A stretch of 63,465 nt of DNA from a bacterium (GCA_041497675.1 JBGQGY010000005.1:1-63465), one strand, 5' to 3'; positions 26,610-35,760 are shown, numbered from the stretch's first letter. Made by a program: numbers and translations. Notes: a model not told the origin generated them from the sequence alone.

Positions 26610-27971
26610 CTACTCGACGATCACCTTATCCCCGATGGTCCGCTGGATCTCCGTGGCGACGATGTCAACGGCCTGCTCCGGTGTCGCGCTGCCCGACTCC
26701 ACCGCCGAGATTCCCCGGTAGACGGCGTCCTGCCACTTGGGAAGGTCGGGATGCGGCGGCGCAAACGTGGTGTAGTTGAGCAGGTAGCTGACCTCGTTGA
26801 GGAACCGGTTCTTGACGAGCGCGGCGGTGCGCCGCAGAACCGGCAGGTGCGCACTGCCGACCGCATGCTTGGCATCGAGGTCGGGGACGGTGGTGTAGGC
26901 GAGTAGCCGAAGGGCGAGGTCCTTGTTCTTTGACACGGCGGAGATTGTGTACACTTGGGGGTTCGAGAGCGTGGTCGCCTTGCCGCCCTTTGTGTGCGAC
27001 GGATGCGGCGCATAGCCGAAGTTCTCGAAGAGCCACTGCTCTCCGCCCTTCGTCGCGACCCACTGCTGCTCCCACTCCGCCCACTGCCACGTGCCGCCGG
27101 AGAAGAAGAGGACCTTGCCATCGGTCACCGGCTGCATGAAGCGGTTCCAGTCGCCGTTGAGGCGGTCGGGCTCGATCACCCCCGCGTCGACGCCGGCCCT
27201 GAGCCACCGGTAGTATCGGAGCGCCGCGGCTTTGTTGAAGACGAGCTTGCCGCTCTGCGCATCGTAGTCTCGGCCGCCGAACGACCGGTACCACTGCAGG
27301 AAATCGATGCCGTTTACCGGCCGGTGGTAGTAGCCTTTTCCAGCCTCGATGATGTTCTTTTGCCGGGCCTCCCGGGCGGTCGTCATCACGTCGTCCCAGG
27401 TGAAATCACCGCTGGAGATTCTCTTGGGGAGATCGGCGATCTGCTGGTCGGTCCACCCCATTCTCTTGAGCAGGACCTTATTGAAGTACAGGGGGCGGGC
27501 CTCCGTGTCTTGCGGAATCCCCCATGTCTTGCCCTTGAGCCTCATCGCGTTCCACAGTGAAGGGACCACATCGCTGAACTGTGGATGCCTGGGAATCATG
27601 TCGTCCAGCGGCGTGATGAAGCCTGCTTCGGCCCAGGTTGGGATCAAAAAGGACTGGACCTGGACGATGTCAGGCGCGTCCGCGCCTTGGAACGCCAATA
27701 GCGCGCGGCGAAGGTACGGATCCCACGCCGTGGTATCGAAGAAGCCCTCGACCTTGACCTGGTAGTTGGCGCCTTCACGCTTGAGGTCGGCGTTCAGGCG
27801 TTCGGCTGCCGTTTGGACGTTTTCGAACCGGGTCTTCGATGGGTTATCGGGACCGATCGTCCAGACCTTGATGATGATGGTACGTTGCTGCGCGTGAGCC
27901 GGAGGCACCGCCGGCAACGCCAGCGCCAACGCGCCAATCACCCAGGCGGCGATCAACCATTTGCTCCGCAT
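26610..27971 (-). CDS. ABC transporter substrate-binding protein, family 1 (UgpB-like by context)
   Basis: ATG 27971 gives the signal peptide MRSKWLIAAWVIGALALALPAVPPAHAQ. It is the first gene of the CUT1 operon. Listed start 28280 is a run-on. Confidence 0.85.
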   Translation of the reverse strand: MRSKWLIAAWVIGALALALPAVPPAHAQQRTIIIKVWTIGPDNPSKTRFENVQTAAERLNADLKREGANYQVKVEGFFDTTAWDPYLRRALLAFQGADAPDIVQVQSFLIPTWAEAGFITPLDDMIPRHPQFSDVVPSLWNAMRLKGKTWGIPQDTEARPLYFNKVLLKRMGWTDQQIADLPKRISSGDFTWDDVMTTAREARQKNIIEAGKGYYHRPVNGIDFLQWYRSFGGRDYDAQSGKLVFNKAAALRYYRWLRAGVDAGVIEPDRLNGDWNRFMQPVTDGKVLFFSGGTWQWAEWEQQWVATKGGEQWLFENFGYAPHPSHTKGGKATTLSNPQVYTISAVSKNKDLALRLLAYTTVPDLDAKHAVGSAHLPVLRRTAALVKNRFLNEVSYLLNYTTFAPPHPDLPKWQDAVYRGISAVESGSATPEQAVDIVATEIQRTIGDKVIVE

Positions 27972-28097
27972 GTCTTCACCCCCCTTGGTTCTGTGGGACC
28001 TGGGAAGGACTTGGCCATCTCGGGCGCCCTTCCTCCGCAACAGCCCGCGGGGGCTGTGTGGAGAGGGCTCGGAATCGCCGGGCCCGAAACACCCGGC

Positions 28098-28904
28098 GTG
28101 AGGCCCTCGTTTCGCGAGGTCCTGCAGTCTCGACGATTTCTCGTCGTCGCGCATCGTGGCGCCAGCGCCTACGCGCCGGAGAACACCCTGGAAGCCTTCG
28201 ACCTCGCCTGCACGCTCGGGGCGGACGTGATCGAGCTCGACGTGCACCTCACGCGCGACGGCGAGGTCGTCGTGATGCATGATGAGCGCGTCGACCGGAC
28301 GACAGACGGTGAGGGCGAGATCGCGTCAAAAACCTCGGTCGAGATCCGGGCGCTGGATGCCGGCGCTTGGTTCGGGGAGCAGTTTCAGGGCGTCCGCGTC
28401 CCGACACTGGCCGACGTCCTCGAGCAATTCGCCGGGCGGGTCCTGATCGACATCGAGTTGAAGGCCGGCGTGACGGTCGGGTGGCCGAGCGGCGTGACGG
28501 AGGATGCCGCCGTGTCGACCAAGCTGGCGACGAGGGTTCTCGAGGTCGTCCAGCGGGCGGGGGCGTCGGAGCGCGTCGTGATCTCCAGCGCGGGTACCCA
28601 CGGGATCGCGCGGGCGCACGACATCGCCCCCGACGTCGCGGTGCAGTGGTCGGTGTTCACGCTGGATATCGGCGCCGAGGTCGCGTCGGCCGCCGAGGCC
28701 GCGTTTGACGTGATCTCGCCCCAAGACTACGCCGCCACGGAGTCCAATGTCGCCGTCGCCCATGCGCGCGGGCTCGCGGTGCACATCTATACTCGCGGGG
28801 AAGACGACCGGGTGGCGCGACTGATCGACATGGGGACCGACGCGGTAAAGACCGGTCGCCCGGACACGCTGCGCGCGGTGGCCGTGCGGCTCGGGCGCGC
28901 CTGA
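28098..28904 (+). CDS. glycerophosphodiester phosphodiesterase (GDPD), canonical motifs
   Basis: VVAHRGASAYAPENTLEAF...VIELDVHLTRDGEVVVMHDERVDRTTDGEG. Start is uncertain (GTG 28098 or GTG 28056). Divergent from the SBP gene. Confidence 0.85.
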   Translation: MRPSFREVLQSRRFLVVAHRGASAYAPENTLEAFDLACTLGADVIELDVHLTRDGEVVVMHDERVDRTTDGEGEIASKTSVEIRALDAGAWFGEQFQGVRVPTLADVLEQFAGRVLIDIELKAGVTVGWPSGVTEDAAVSTKLATRVLEVVQRAGASERVVISSAGTHGIARAHDIAPDVAVQWSVFTLDIGAEVASAAEAAFDVISPQDYAATESNVAVAHARGLAVHIYTRGEDDRVARLIDMGTDAVKTGRPDTLRAVAVRLGRA

Positions 28905-28910
28905 ACCGGC

Positions 28911-30047
28911 TCAGGTGTCTTGTAGCGCGCCGCGCCACGCAGGCGGAATGCGGCGACCGTACACAATCTCCCTGGCGCCGAGGAAGGCGGCCAGGTCCTT
29001 GATGGCGCCGGAGATCGCCCGCGCGGCCACCGGCGACCTGGGGGCGTCCGGTTCGGCGTACACGGCATTGACGTTCAGCCTACCGTTCAATCGATCCATC
29101 TTTTGGTCGACGCGGCCGATCAGCCGGTCGCCGTGCAGGATCGGCATGACGTAGTAGCCGTGCTGACGTTGGGCGGGGGGGACGTAGATTTCGACTCGAT
29201 AGTCGAACCCGAAGAGCTGCTGGGTGCGCGCCCGATCACAGATCAGGTTGTCGAAGGGGGAGAGCAGCGTCGTGCGCGGCTGCCAGGCGTCCGCCGCGAG
29301 ACGGTCGACCAACGGCAGATCCTCGACGTGGACATACCAGGGACCGGGCCAGTCGCGCCCATCGTCCTGGATCTGCACCCGCACGATGCGCCCCTTTGTT
29401 TCGAGCTCCTTCAGCACCCGCGGCAGCTGCGCGTACCGCCCGCGGGTGAAGTGCTGCTCGATCTCACGCGGGTGGGCGACCCCGAGCGCCCGCACGGCCG
29501 TCTGGACGGCCCGGCGTGTGATCTCGAGGTCTGAGAGCCGCTCGCGCGGCGCCCACGGCGGCAAACACCGTTCGGTCAAGTCCCAGAGTTTCTGACCGCT
29601 CGACCGTCCCGCCACCATGATCGTCCCCTCGTGCCACAGGTGCGAGAGCATCCGCTCGACGTTGCGCCCGGAGGTCCACCCGGTGGAGGGCCAGTCGGTG
29701 GCGGCTTTGTCTTCGATCTGCCGGGACAGCAACGGACCTCGCCGCCGCAGCTCGGTGAGGACGTGGCGGCGCAGACTCTGGTTCTTTTTCAACCAGGCGC
29801 GGAACCGGCGTGTCCACGCGGCGTCGCCGGTGAGATGATGCTTTTTCAGCGTGCGAAAGATTGGATAGTGCTCGGTGAGCACGATGGACGCGGCGTGTGC
29901 CCAATCCTCGAAGAGCCTGCGGTCGCGCCACAACAGGACGTCGAGGTCGGCGACATCATACTGCCCGATGCGGCTCCACAGCACCAGCAAATGGCTCCGC
30001 GCGACCGCGCTGATGGGATCGAGCTGTAGGCAGCCCAGGTCGCGCAC
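28911..30047 (-). CDS. winged-helix YcaQ/AlkZ-like (HTH_42) DNA glycosylase family protein; true start probably upstream of 30047
   Basis: LGCLQLDPISAVARSHLLVLWSRIG (Q-hydrophobic-D motif as in E. coli YcaQ). Family-like sequence continues in frame up to 30167 with no ATG/GTG/TTG. Confidence 0.8.
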   Translation of the reverse strand: MRDLGCLQLDPISAVARSHLLVLWSRIGQYDVADLDVLLWRDRRLFEDWAHAASIVLTEHYPIFRTLKKHHLTGDAAWTRRFRAWLKKNQSLRRHVLTELRRRGPLLSRQIEDKAATDWPSTGWTSGRNVERMLSHLWHEGTIMVAGRSSGQKLWDLTERCLPPWAPRERLSDLEITRRAVQTAVRALGVAHPREIEQHFTRGRYAQLPRVLKELETKGRIVRVQIQDDGRDWPGPWYVHVEDLPLVDRLAADAWQPRTTLLSPFDNLICDRARTQQLFGFDYRVEIYVPPAQRQHGYYVMPILHGDRLIGRVDQKMDRLNGRLNVNAVYAEPDAPRSPVAARAISGAIKDLAAFLGAREIVYGRRIPPAWRGALQDT

Positions 30048-30167
30048 GACCTCGAGGATGCCCGACGCGTCGGCGCTGGGCCGCGGGCCGGCGAGACGCT
30101 GTCTGGTGATGGCCAGACGGCGGGCGAGCGTGGGGGTGATGAGCAGGTCGGGCAGCGTTAACCGCCG

Positions 30168-30971
30168 CTAACCGCCCGCGATGCGGTAGGCGGGCACCCG
30201 CTCGGCCAGCCCCGCCTTGATCTTGGCGTATGAGGCGGTCGCACCCGCAGCCAGCATCCGGGCGTCGGTCCCGTTGGACACGAAGCCGAACCCCTGGTCG
30301 ACGCGCTCGAGGACTTCCTCCGTGGAGGACGCCATGTACCCGGCGGCGATGCGGTGCTGGCGGGTCGCTTTGAGGATGCGGTCAACGGCGCTCTTGAACT
30401 CCGGTCGATCGAACTGGCGGAAGCCGTTGAGCGCGGCGGAGAGATCGTTTGGCCCGATGAACAACACGTCGACGCCCGGCACCGCGGCAATCGCCTCGAC
30501 GTTCTGCAGGGCCTCGACGGTTTCGATCTGGCAGATCACCAGCACCTGGCTGTTCCATTGCGTAAAATAGTCGGCGAGGTCGAGACCGAAGCGGTTCGCC
30601 CGCGTGCCCGCGACACCCCGGATGCCGTCGGGCGGGTACTTGGCGGCCGCCACCGCGGCCCGCGCCTGCTCCGGCGTGTTGACCAAGGGGACGATGATGC
30701 CAAACGCGCCCCGGTCCAGGGCCCGCTTGATCATCACCGGATCGTTGCCGCCGACGCGCACGATGGGCACGACGTCGGTGCCCTTCATCGCGCGGACCAT
30801 GTGCTCCAGCATATCTGTATCGATTGCGCCGTGCTCCGTGTCGAGCGTGAGCCAGTCCATCTGATACGAGGCGAGCAGTTCAACGATCGCCGGTACCGGC
30901 AGGCTGACCCACTGGCCGACCGTCGGGAGGCCCTTCGAAAGCCGTTCCTTGACCGGATTGTGTAGTGTCAT
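30168..30971 (-). CDS. HpcH/HpaI family aldolase (2-keto-3-deoxy-acid aldolase / citrate-lyase-beta-like)
   Basis: AGGAGG precedes ATG 30971. Blocks DWLTLDTEHGAID, VVPIVRVGGNDPVMIKRALDRGAFGIIVPLV, ICQIET. Confidence 0.85.
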   Translation of the reverse strand: MTLHNPVKERLSKGLPTVGQWVSLPVPAIVELLASYQMDWLTLDTEHGAIDTDMLEHMVRAMKGTDVVPIVRVGGNDPVMIKRALDRGAFGIIVPLVNTPEQARAAVAAAKYPPDGIRGVAGTRANRFGLDLADYFTQWNSQVLVICQIETVEALQNVEAIAAVPGVDVLFIGPNDLSAALNGFRQFDRPEFKSAVDRILKATRQHRIAAGYMASSTEEVLERVDQGFGFVSNGTDARMLAAGATASYAKIKAGLAERVPAYRIAGG

Positions 30972-31465
30972 CGACGTCCTCCTACCGTTTCTTTGTGCTG
31001 CTGCAGGCGGCGCGTGATCGTGGCCGCGTGTCCCTCGACGTGCTGGGCGAAGTGCTCGACGATCCATTCAACCGTCTGGAGCCCAGACTGCGTGTTGACG
31101 CCGGCGTAGCCCCATGCCTGGGCCGGCGCGTGTCGCAAGAGGTCTGCCGTCGATTCGCGGATGGCGCGAAAGAGGGCCAGCGCCTGCCGGACCGACTGAG
31201 AGGAGTAGTGCAGCGCGGTCGCCCAGGCATTCTGGTCGAAACTGACTAGGGTCGCACCCGGTTGCGCCAGGACATACCGCAGTCGCGCGGCAGCGACCAG
31301 GTCGGTGTCAACAAGGTGCACGACGTTTTCCCGAATACTCCAGTGTTCGGGACCGGGTTTGAAGTTCAGTTCCTCGTCCGACAGACCGGCCACCGCGGCT
31401 TCGAGGAGCCGGGGGCCGTCGGCATACGCGTGGATCAATTGCTGGATACGTTCTGTGGTGGGCAT
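30968..31465 (-). CDS. DinB family protein
   Basis: ATG 31465. WSIRENVVHLVDTDLV and VEHFAQHVEGHAATI are His-containing helices typical of DinB. ATGA overlap with the aldolase gene. Confidence 0.8.
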   Translation of the reverse strand: MPTTERIQQLIHAYADGPRLLEAAVAGLSDEELNFKPGPEHWSIRENVVHLVDTDLVAAARLRYVLAQPGATLVSFDQNAWATALHYSSQSVRQALALFRAIRESTADLLRHAPAQAWGYAGVNTQSGLQTVEWIVEHFAQHVEGHAATITRRLQQHKETVGGRR

Positions 31466-31479
31466 GCGGCAGTCGTTCG

Positions 31480-33369
31480 CTACGTGGCGTCCTCTACCTG
31501 CGCCAGCGTCTCGTATAAATTCTCCAGACGGCGCTCGGCCTCTTCGTAGCGTTGCCGCATCTCCCGGACGCGCTGCGGGTCGCGGTAGAGATCGGGATCG
31601 CCCAGCCATCGGCCCGCATCTTGCAGGTCCCGCTCGGCCGCGGCAATCTTGGCGGCGATGTCGTCGAACGTGGGCCCGACCGGCTGGGCCCCCGATGCCT
31701 TGCGGGGCTTCGCGTTGCGCGCCTCATGCTGGCGTGCACGCCCCGCCTGGTGTTGCTTCGCGCGGCGCTCGCGTAGCTCGTGATACGTGCCGTGAAAATC
31801 GGCGATCCCCTGATCCTCAACGGTGAGGATTCGCGTGGCCAGACGCTCGAGCAGGTAGCGGTCATGGGTTGCGACGATCATCGTCCCCGGAAACTCGCGT
31901 AGCGCGGCTTCGAGCGCCTCGCGTGAGGGGATATCGAGGTGGTTGGTCGGCTCGTCCAGGAGCAGCAGGTTGGGCTCATCCAGCAACAGCTTCGCAAGGC
32001 TCAACCGCTGCCGCTCGCCGCCCGAGAGCATCTCGACCCGCTTGAAGACGTCCTCGCCGCTGAAGAGGAACCGGCCGAGGTATGAGCGCACCTGCTCGGG
32101 CCGCAGCGGGCGATCGGCGAGGATTTCGTCGAGCACCGTGCTCGCCGGGTCGAGCGCCGCCATGGACTCCTGGGCAAAGTATCGGGCCTGCACGTTGGTG
32201 CCCAGGGTGATCGTGCCGGATGTCGGCGCTTCCTGCCCGGCGATCATCCGCAGCAGCGTCGACTTGCCCGCGCCGTTTGGACCGAGCAGACCGACGCGCT
32301 CGCCGCGATGGATCTCCAAACCGACGCGGCTCAGGACCTCGACGTCCTCGAAGCGTTTTGTGACGCCCTTCAACCGAGCGATGATGCGGCCCGAGAGTGG
32401 AACGGCGTCGGCTTTGACGCGCATGGCGTGCCGCTGGCGCGGCCGTTCGGCCGGCGCGACGTCGATCCGCGCGAGCATCTTCTCGCGGCTGTGCGCCTGC
32501 GCGGCCCTCTGCCCGGCCTTGTAGCGGCGGATGAAATCCTTGAGCTTCTCGATTTCCTCTTGCTGGCGCTCCCACGCTTCTTGCTGCAGCCGCAGACGCT
32601 CGGCCTTGAGCGTCACGTAGACAGAATAGGATCCCGGATAAGATTCGATGTGGCCGTCTTCGAGCTCGAGCGTGCGTGTGGTCACCGCATCGAGCAGATA
32701 GCGATCGTGGCTGACGATCAGACACGCGCCGGGAAACGCCTTGAGATACGATTCCAGCCACTCGGTCGCGCCCAGGTCGAGGTGGTTCGTCGGCTCGTCG
32801 AGCAGCAACAAGTCGGGCTCGGTCAGCAGGGCCCGCGCCAGGTCGGCCCGCACCCGCCATCCACCACTGAGGACGCCGAGCGGACGGTCGTAGTCGACCT
32901 CGCCGAAGCCGAGACCGGAAAGCACCATCTTCGCGCGGACATCCAGTGTAAACCCACCGGCGTGCTCGAAGTGCTCGCGGACGTGCGAGTACTCCTCCAT
33001 GACCGCCGCCAGACGGTCGCGATCTTCATGGACGTCGGGAGCCGCCATCTGATGTTCGAGTTCGTTCGCACGTGCTTCCAGCGCGTGGATCTCAGCCGCG
33101 CCGGCGAGGACGTGCGCGAAGACCGAGGTGTCAGATGCGCCTTCGGGCGTCTGCTGCAAATAGGCGACCCGTGCCCATGAGGCCAGAGCGATCCGCCCAC
33201 GATCTGGCTCGTCGAGACCGGCCAGCACGCGCAGCAACGTCGTCTTACCGGTGCCGTTGCGGCCGATGAGCGCCACCTTTTCGCCCGGTTCGAGCGCAAA
33301 GGTAATGTCTCGAAGGATCTCGAGGTCGGCGTGGGCCTTGGCGATGTCGCTCGCAGTCAGAATTGGCAT
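31480..33369 (-). CDS. ABC-F family ATPase (two NBDs, no TMD; Uup/YheS/EttA-like)
   Basis: Two cassettes: GRNGTGKTT/LSGGWRVR and GPNGAGKST/LSGGERQR. Charged inter-domain linker and C-terminal coiled-coil tail. ATG 33369 is preceded by GAGG. Confidence 0.9.
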   Translation of the reverse strand: MPILTASDIAKAHADLEILRDITFALEPGEKVALIGRNGTGKTTLLRVLAGLDEPDRGRIALASWARVAYLQQTPEGASDTSVFAHVLAGAAEIHALEARANELEHQMAAPDVHEDRDRLAAVMEEYSHVREHFEHAGGFTLDVRAKMVLSGLGFGEVDYDRPLGVLSGGWRVRADLARALLTEPDLLLLDEPTNHLDLGATEWLESYLKAFPGACLIVSHDRYLLDAVTTRTLELEDGHIESYPGSYSVYVTLKAERLRLQQEAWERQQEEIEKLKDFIRRYKAGQRAAQAHSREKMLARIDVAPAERPRQRHAMRVKADAVPLSGRIIARLKGVTKRFEDVEVLSRVGLEIHRGERVGLLGPNGAGKSTLLRMIAGQEAPTSGTITLGTNVQARYFAQESMAALDPASTVLDEILADRPLRPEQVRSYLGRFLFSGEDVFKRVEMLSGGERQRLSLAKLLLDEPNLLLLDEPTNHLDIPSREALEAALREFPGTMIVATHDRYLLERLATRILTVEDQGIADFHGTYHELRERRAKQHQAGRARQHEARNAKPRKASGAQPVGPTFDDIAAKIAAAERDLQDAGRWLGDPDLYRDPQRVREMRQRYEEAERRLENLYETLAQVEDAT

Positions 33370-33467
33370 TGTGAGCCTCATCGTATGTTACCGTAATTGG
33401 CGAAGCCTGAGGAGGTGCGCGTGTGCGGGTCAATTTGACATCACCGGTGCGGATCGGCACCTAGGCC

Positions 33468-33791
33468 GTGGCGGATCTGCCGTTTCTGTATCTAACCACC
33501 GTCGGTCGGAAGACCGGTCTGCCGCGCCGGATCGAGATCTGGTTTGTGCGCTCCGGGGATGGCTTCTACATTCTCGCCGAGCACTTCGATCGTACCCAGT
33601 GGGTGAAGAACATCCGGCGCAACCCCCGCGTGCACGTACGGGTCGGCGAGGAAGAGTTTGAAGCCACGGCGCGGGTGCTCGACCGTCAACGCGACGCCGA
33701 CTTGTGGGAAACCGCACAACGGTTAGCGGAGAAGAAGTACGGGTGGGGCGCGGGTCTTCCCGTAGAACTGACGCCGGTCGGGCTCTCGTGA
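33468..33791 (+). CDS. deazaflavin (F420)-dependent nitroreductase/quinone-reductase family protein (DUF385-type)
   Basis: LYLTTVGRKTGLPRRIEIWFV...WVKNIRRNPRVHVRVG matches the DDN/DUF385 pattern. GTG start. Confidence 0.75.
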   Translation: MADLPFLYLTTVGRKTGLPRRIEIWFVRSGDGFYILAEHFDRTQWVKNIRRNPRVHVRVGEEEFEATARVLDRQRDADLWETAQRLAEKKYGWGAGLPVELTPVGLS

Positions 33792-33904
33792 GCGACCTGG
33801 GGCAGCGACACGTCACCTCGCTTGAATCGGTGGCCCAGCAGGGCTTCGTTGGTGGAGAGTCAATTTCCGACTCTGTGAAGCCAACTCCTGCGCGTGCGAT
33901 CGTG

Positions 33905-35143
33905 ATGGACGGCGCCGCCCCTGGTCGATGGAAAGCGCTGGCCGCGATCGCCGCCGCGCAGGTCGGGGCGATGAGCATGTGGTTCAGCGCGGCGGCCGTG
34001 GCGCCATCGCTCGCCCGTGACTGGCACCTCACGACCGCGCAACTCGCACTGTTGACCGTGTCGGTGCAGATCGGATTCGTTGCCGGGGGGCTGGCCTCCG
34101 CGATCAGCGGTCTCGCCGATCTCGTGTCTGCACGGCGGGTGTTCATAGCGAGCGCTCTGGCCGCGGCCGGGGTGAATGCGATGCTGCTGCTGGCCGACGG
34201 CCGGCTGGGTGTCGCGATGGCCTCACGCTTTGCCCTAGGGTTTCTCCTGGCGGGCGTCTACCCGACCGGGATGAAGTTGATGACCGAATGGTTTCGCGCG
34301 GATCGAGGTCTGGCGATCGGCGCCCTCGTCGGCGCGCTGACGCTGGGCGCGGCGCTCCCGCATGTCCTGGCCGGGATCGGGCTGGCGGGCGCGCTGCCCT
34401 GGCAGGGCGTGATCACCGGAACGAGTCTGACCGCACTCACGTCCGCGGGCATCATCGCGGTCTTCGTGCGGCATGGGCCGTTTGCCACGCGGGCCGGCCG
34501 CCTCGATCTCGGCTGGGCGGTGCGCTCGCTGCGCGATCCGGCGCTGCGCCTTGCCAACTTTGGCTACTTCGGACACATGTGGGAACTGTACGCCATGTGG
34601 ACGTGGCTGCCCGCGTTCCTCTTCGCCAGCTTTAGGGCCGCGAACGCCGCGACGCCCGATCACGTCGCCGGACGCGTGGCCAGCCTGGCGGCGGCGGTGG
34701 CCATCGGAGCCGGCGCGGCGGGCTGTGTGGCCGGCGGGCGACTCGCGGATCGTCTGGGCCGGACCAGCGTGACGTCCGCCGCGATGATCGTCAGCAGCGC
34801 CTGCGCCGTGGCCGCGGGTCTGTGCTTTGGGCGCGCGCCGGCGTTGGTCATCGCGATCGCCGTGGTGTGGGGGATCAGCGTCATCGCCGACTCGGCGCAG
34901 TTCTCCGCGGCCGTCAGCGAGCTGGCCGACCACGAGCGGGTGGGGAGCGCGCTCGCGCTCCAGACGGCGCTGGGTTTCCTGCTGACGGTGGTGACGATCC
35001 AGCTGCTGCCGGTCGTCCAGCTGGCGCGTGGATGGCCGATGGCCGTCATGATGCTGGCGATCGGTCCGGTGTTCGGGGTGATGGCGATGCTGCGGCTGCG
35101 CCGCCGGCCGGAAGCGGTGAGGCTGGCGGGGGGGCGGCGCTAG
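33905..35143 (+). CDS. MFS transporter
   Basis: About 12 hydrophobic segments and an MFS-like loop GRLADRLGR. Start is ATG 33905, or GTG 33788, which would overlap the upstream stop (GTGA). Confidence 0.8.
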   Translation: MDGAAPGRWKALAAIAAAQVGAMSMWFSAAAVAPSLARDWHLTTAQLALLTVSVQIGFVAGGLASAISGLADLVSARRVFIASALAAAGVNAMLLLADGRLGVAMASRFALGFLLAGVYPTGMKLMTEWFRADRGLAIGALVGALTLGAALPHVLAGIGLAGALPWQGVITGTSLTALTSAGIIAVFVRHGPFATRAGRLDLGWAVRSLRDPALRLANFGYFGHMWELYAMWTWLPAFLFASFRAANAATPDHVAGRVASLAAAVAIGAGAAGCVAGGRLADRLGRTSVTSAAMIVSSACAVAAGLCFGRAPALVIAIAVVWGISVIADSAQFSAAVSELADHERVGSALALQTALGFLLTVVTIQLLPVVQLARGWPMAVMMLAIGPVFGVMAMLRLRRRPEAVRLAGGRR

Positions 35144-35637
35144 TTGGACGTGGACAGCGGCGCCGTCGCGAAGACGACCGTGCGGTATTCGCTGAGATGC
35201 ACACCGGCCGGCAGCGCATAGTTCTGGCTGCCACTGTTCCCCTTCAACTTCGCAACCTCGAGGTACCCGTCGGCGACGTCTCGAGACGTCTTGGGCGAGG
35301 GGTGCTTCGTCAGGATCACGTGCAAATCCGGCCCGTTGGTGACGGTGAACGCGTCCAGCCGGAGGATCAGCGTCTGCCCGGCCCGGTACACAGTGGCGGT
35401 CCCCCCGCCCTTATGGAAGTCGTCCGCGCCCGCGAACATCCCACGCGCCACCACCGTGCCACCGGTCGCGTCGGCGGACGTCGCGCGGCTGGTCGGAGCA
35501 TCCGCCGTGATCGGGAACGGCTCGTCGACGACCCTGTTGATGAACAGGGGCGACCCGAGATACCATGCGATCGGCGCGCCCACGATCACCAGCACGCCGA
35601 AGGCGATCCACGCCCACCGCGGAATCCGCCTGCGCAT
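35140..35637 (-). CDS. DM13 domain-containing protein with N-terminal membrane anchor
   Basis: ATG 35637 gives MRRRIPRWAWIAFGVLVIVGAPIAWYL. DM13-like block FHKGGGTATVYRAGQTLILRLDAFTVTNGPDLHVIL. Confidence 0.7.
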   Translation of the reverse strand: MRRRIPRWAWIAFGVLVIVGAPIAWYLGSPLFINRVVDEPFPITADAPTSRATSADATGGTVVARGMFAGADDFHKGGGTATVYRAGQTLILRLDAFTVTNGPDLHVILTKHPSPKTSRDVADGYLEVAKLKGNSGSQNYALPAGVHLSEYRTVVFATAPLSTSN

Positions 35638-35760
35638 CAAACGCTCCCCCCGGTCAGTTCCGCGCGAACTCAATCTGGCGACAGGATAGCATCCCCCTAT
35701 GAAGGTTTCATTGCGAGTTTGTTCAAGGCCGGTTCCGGCCCGGCGTCGAATCTACACACC

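Noticed and set aside
30168-30170. TAG read-through producing an HpcH-aldolase::YcaQ fusion protein (the two ORFs are in the same frame, separated by this single stop)
   Set aside because: There is no read-through context or suppressor evidence. The two domains are normally separate proteins. Non-canonical reinitiation just downstream explains the data more simply. The shared frame is probably coincidental.
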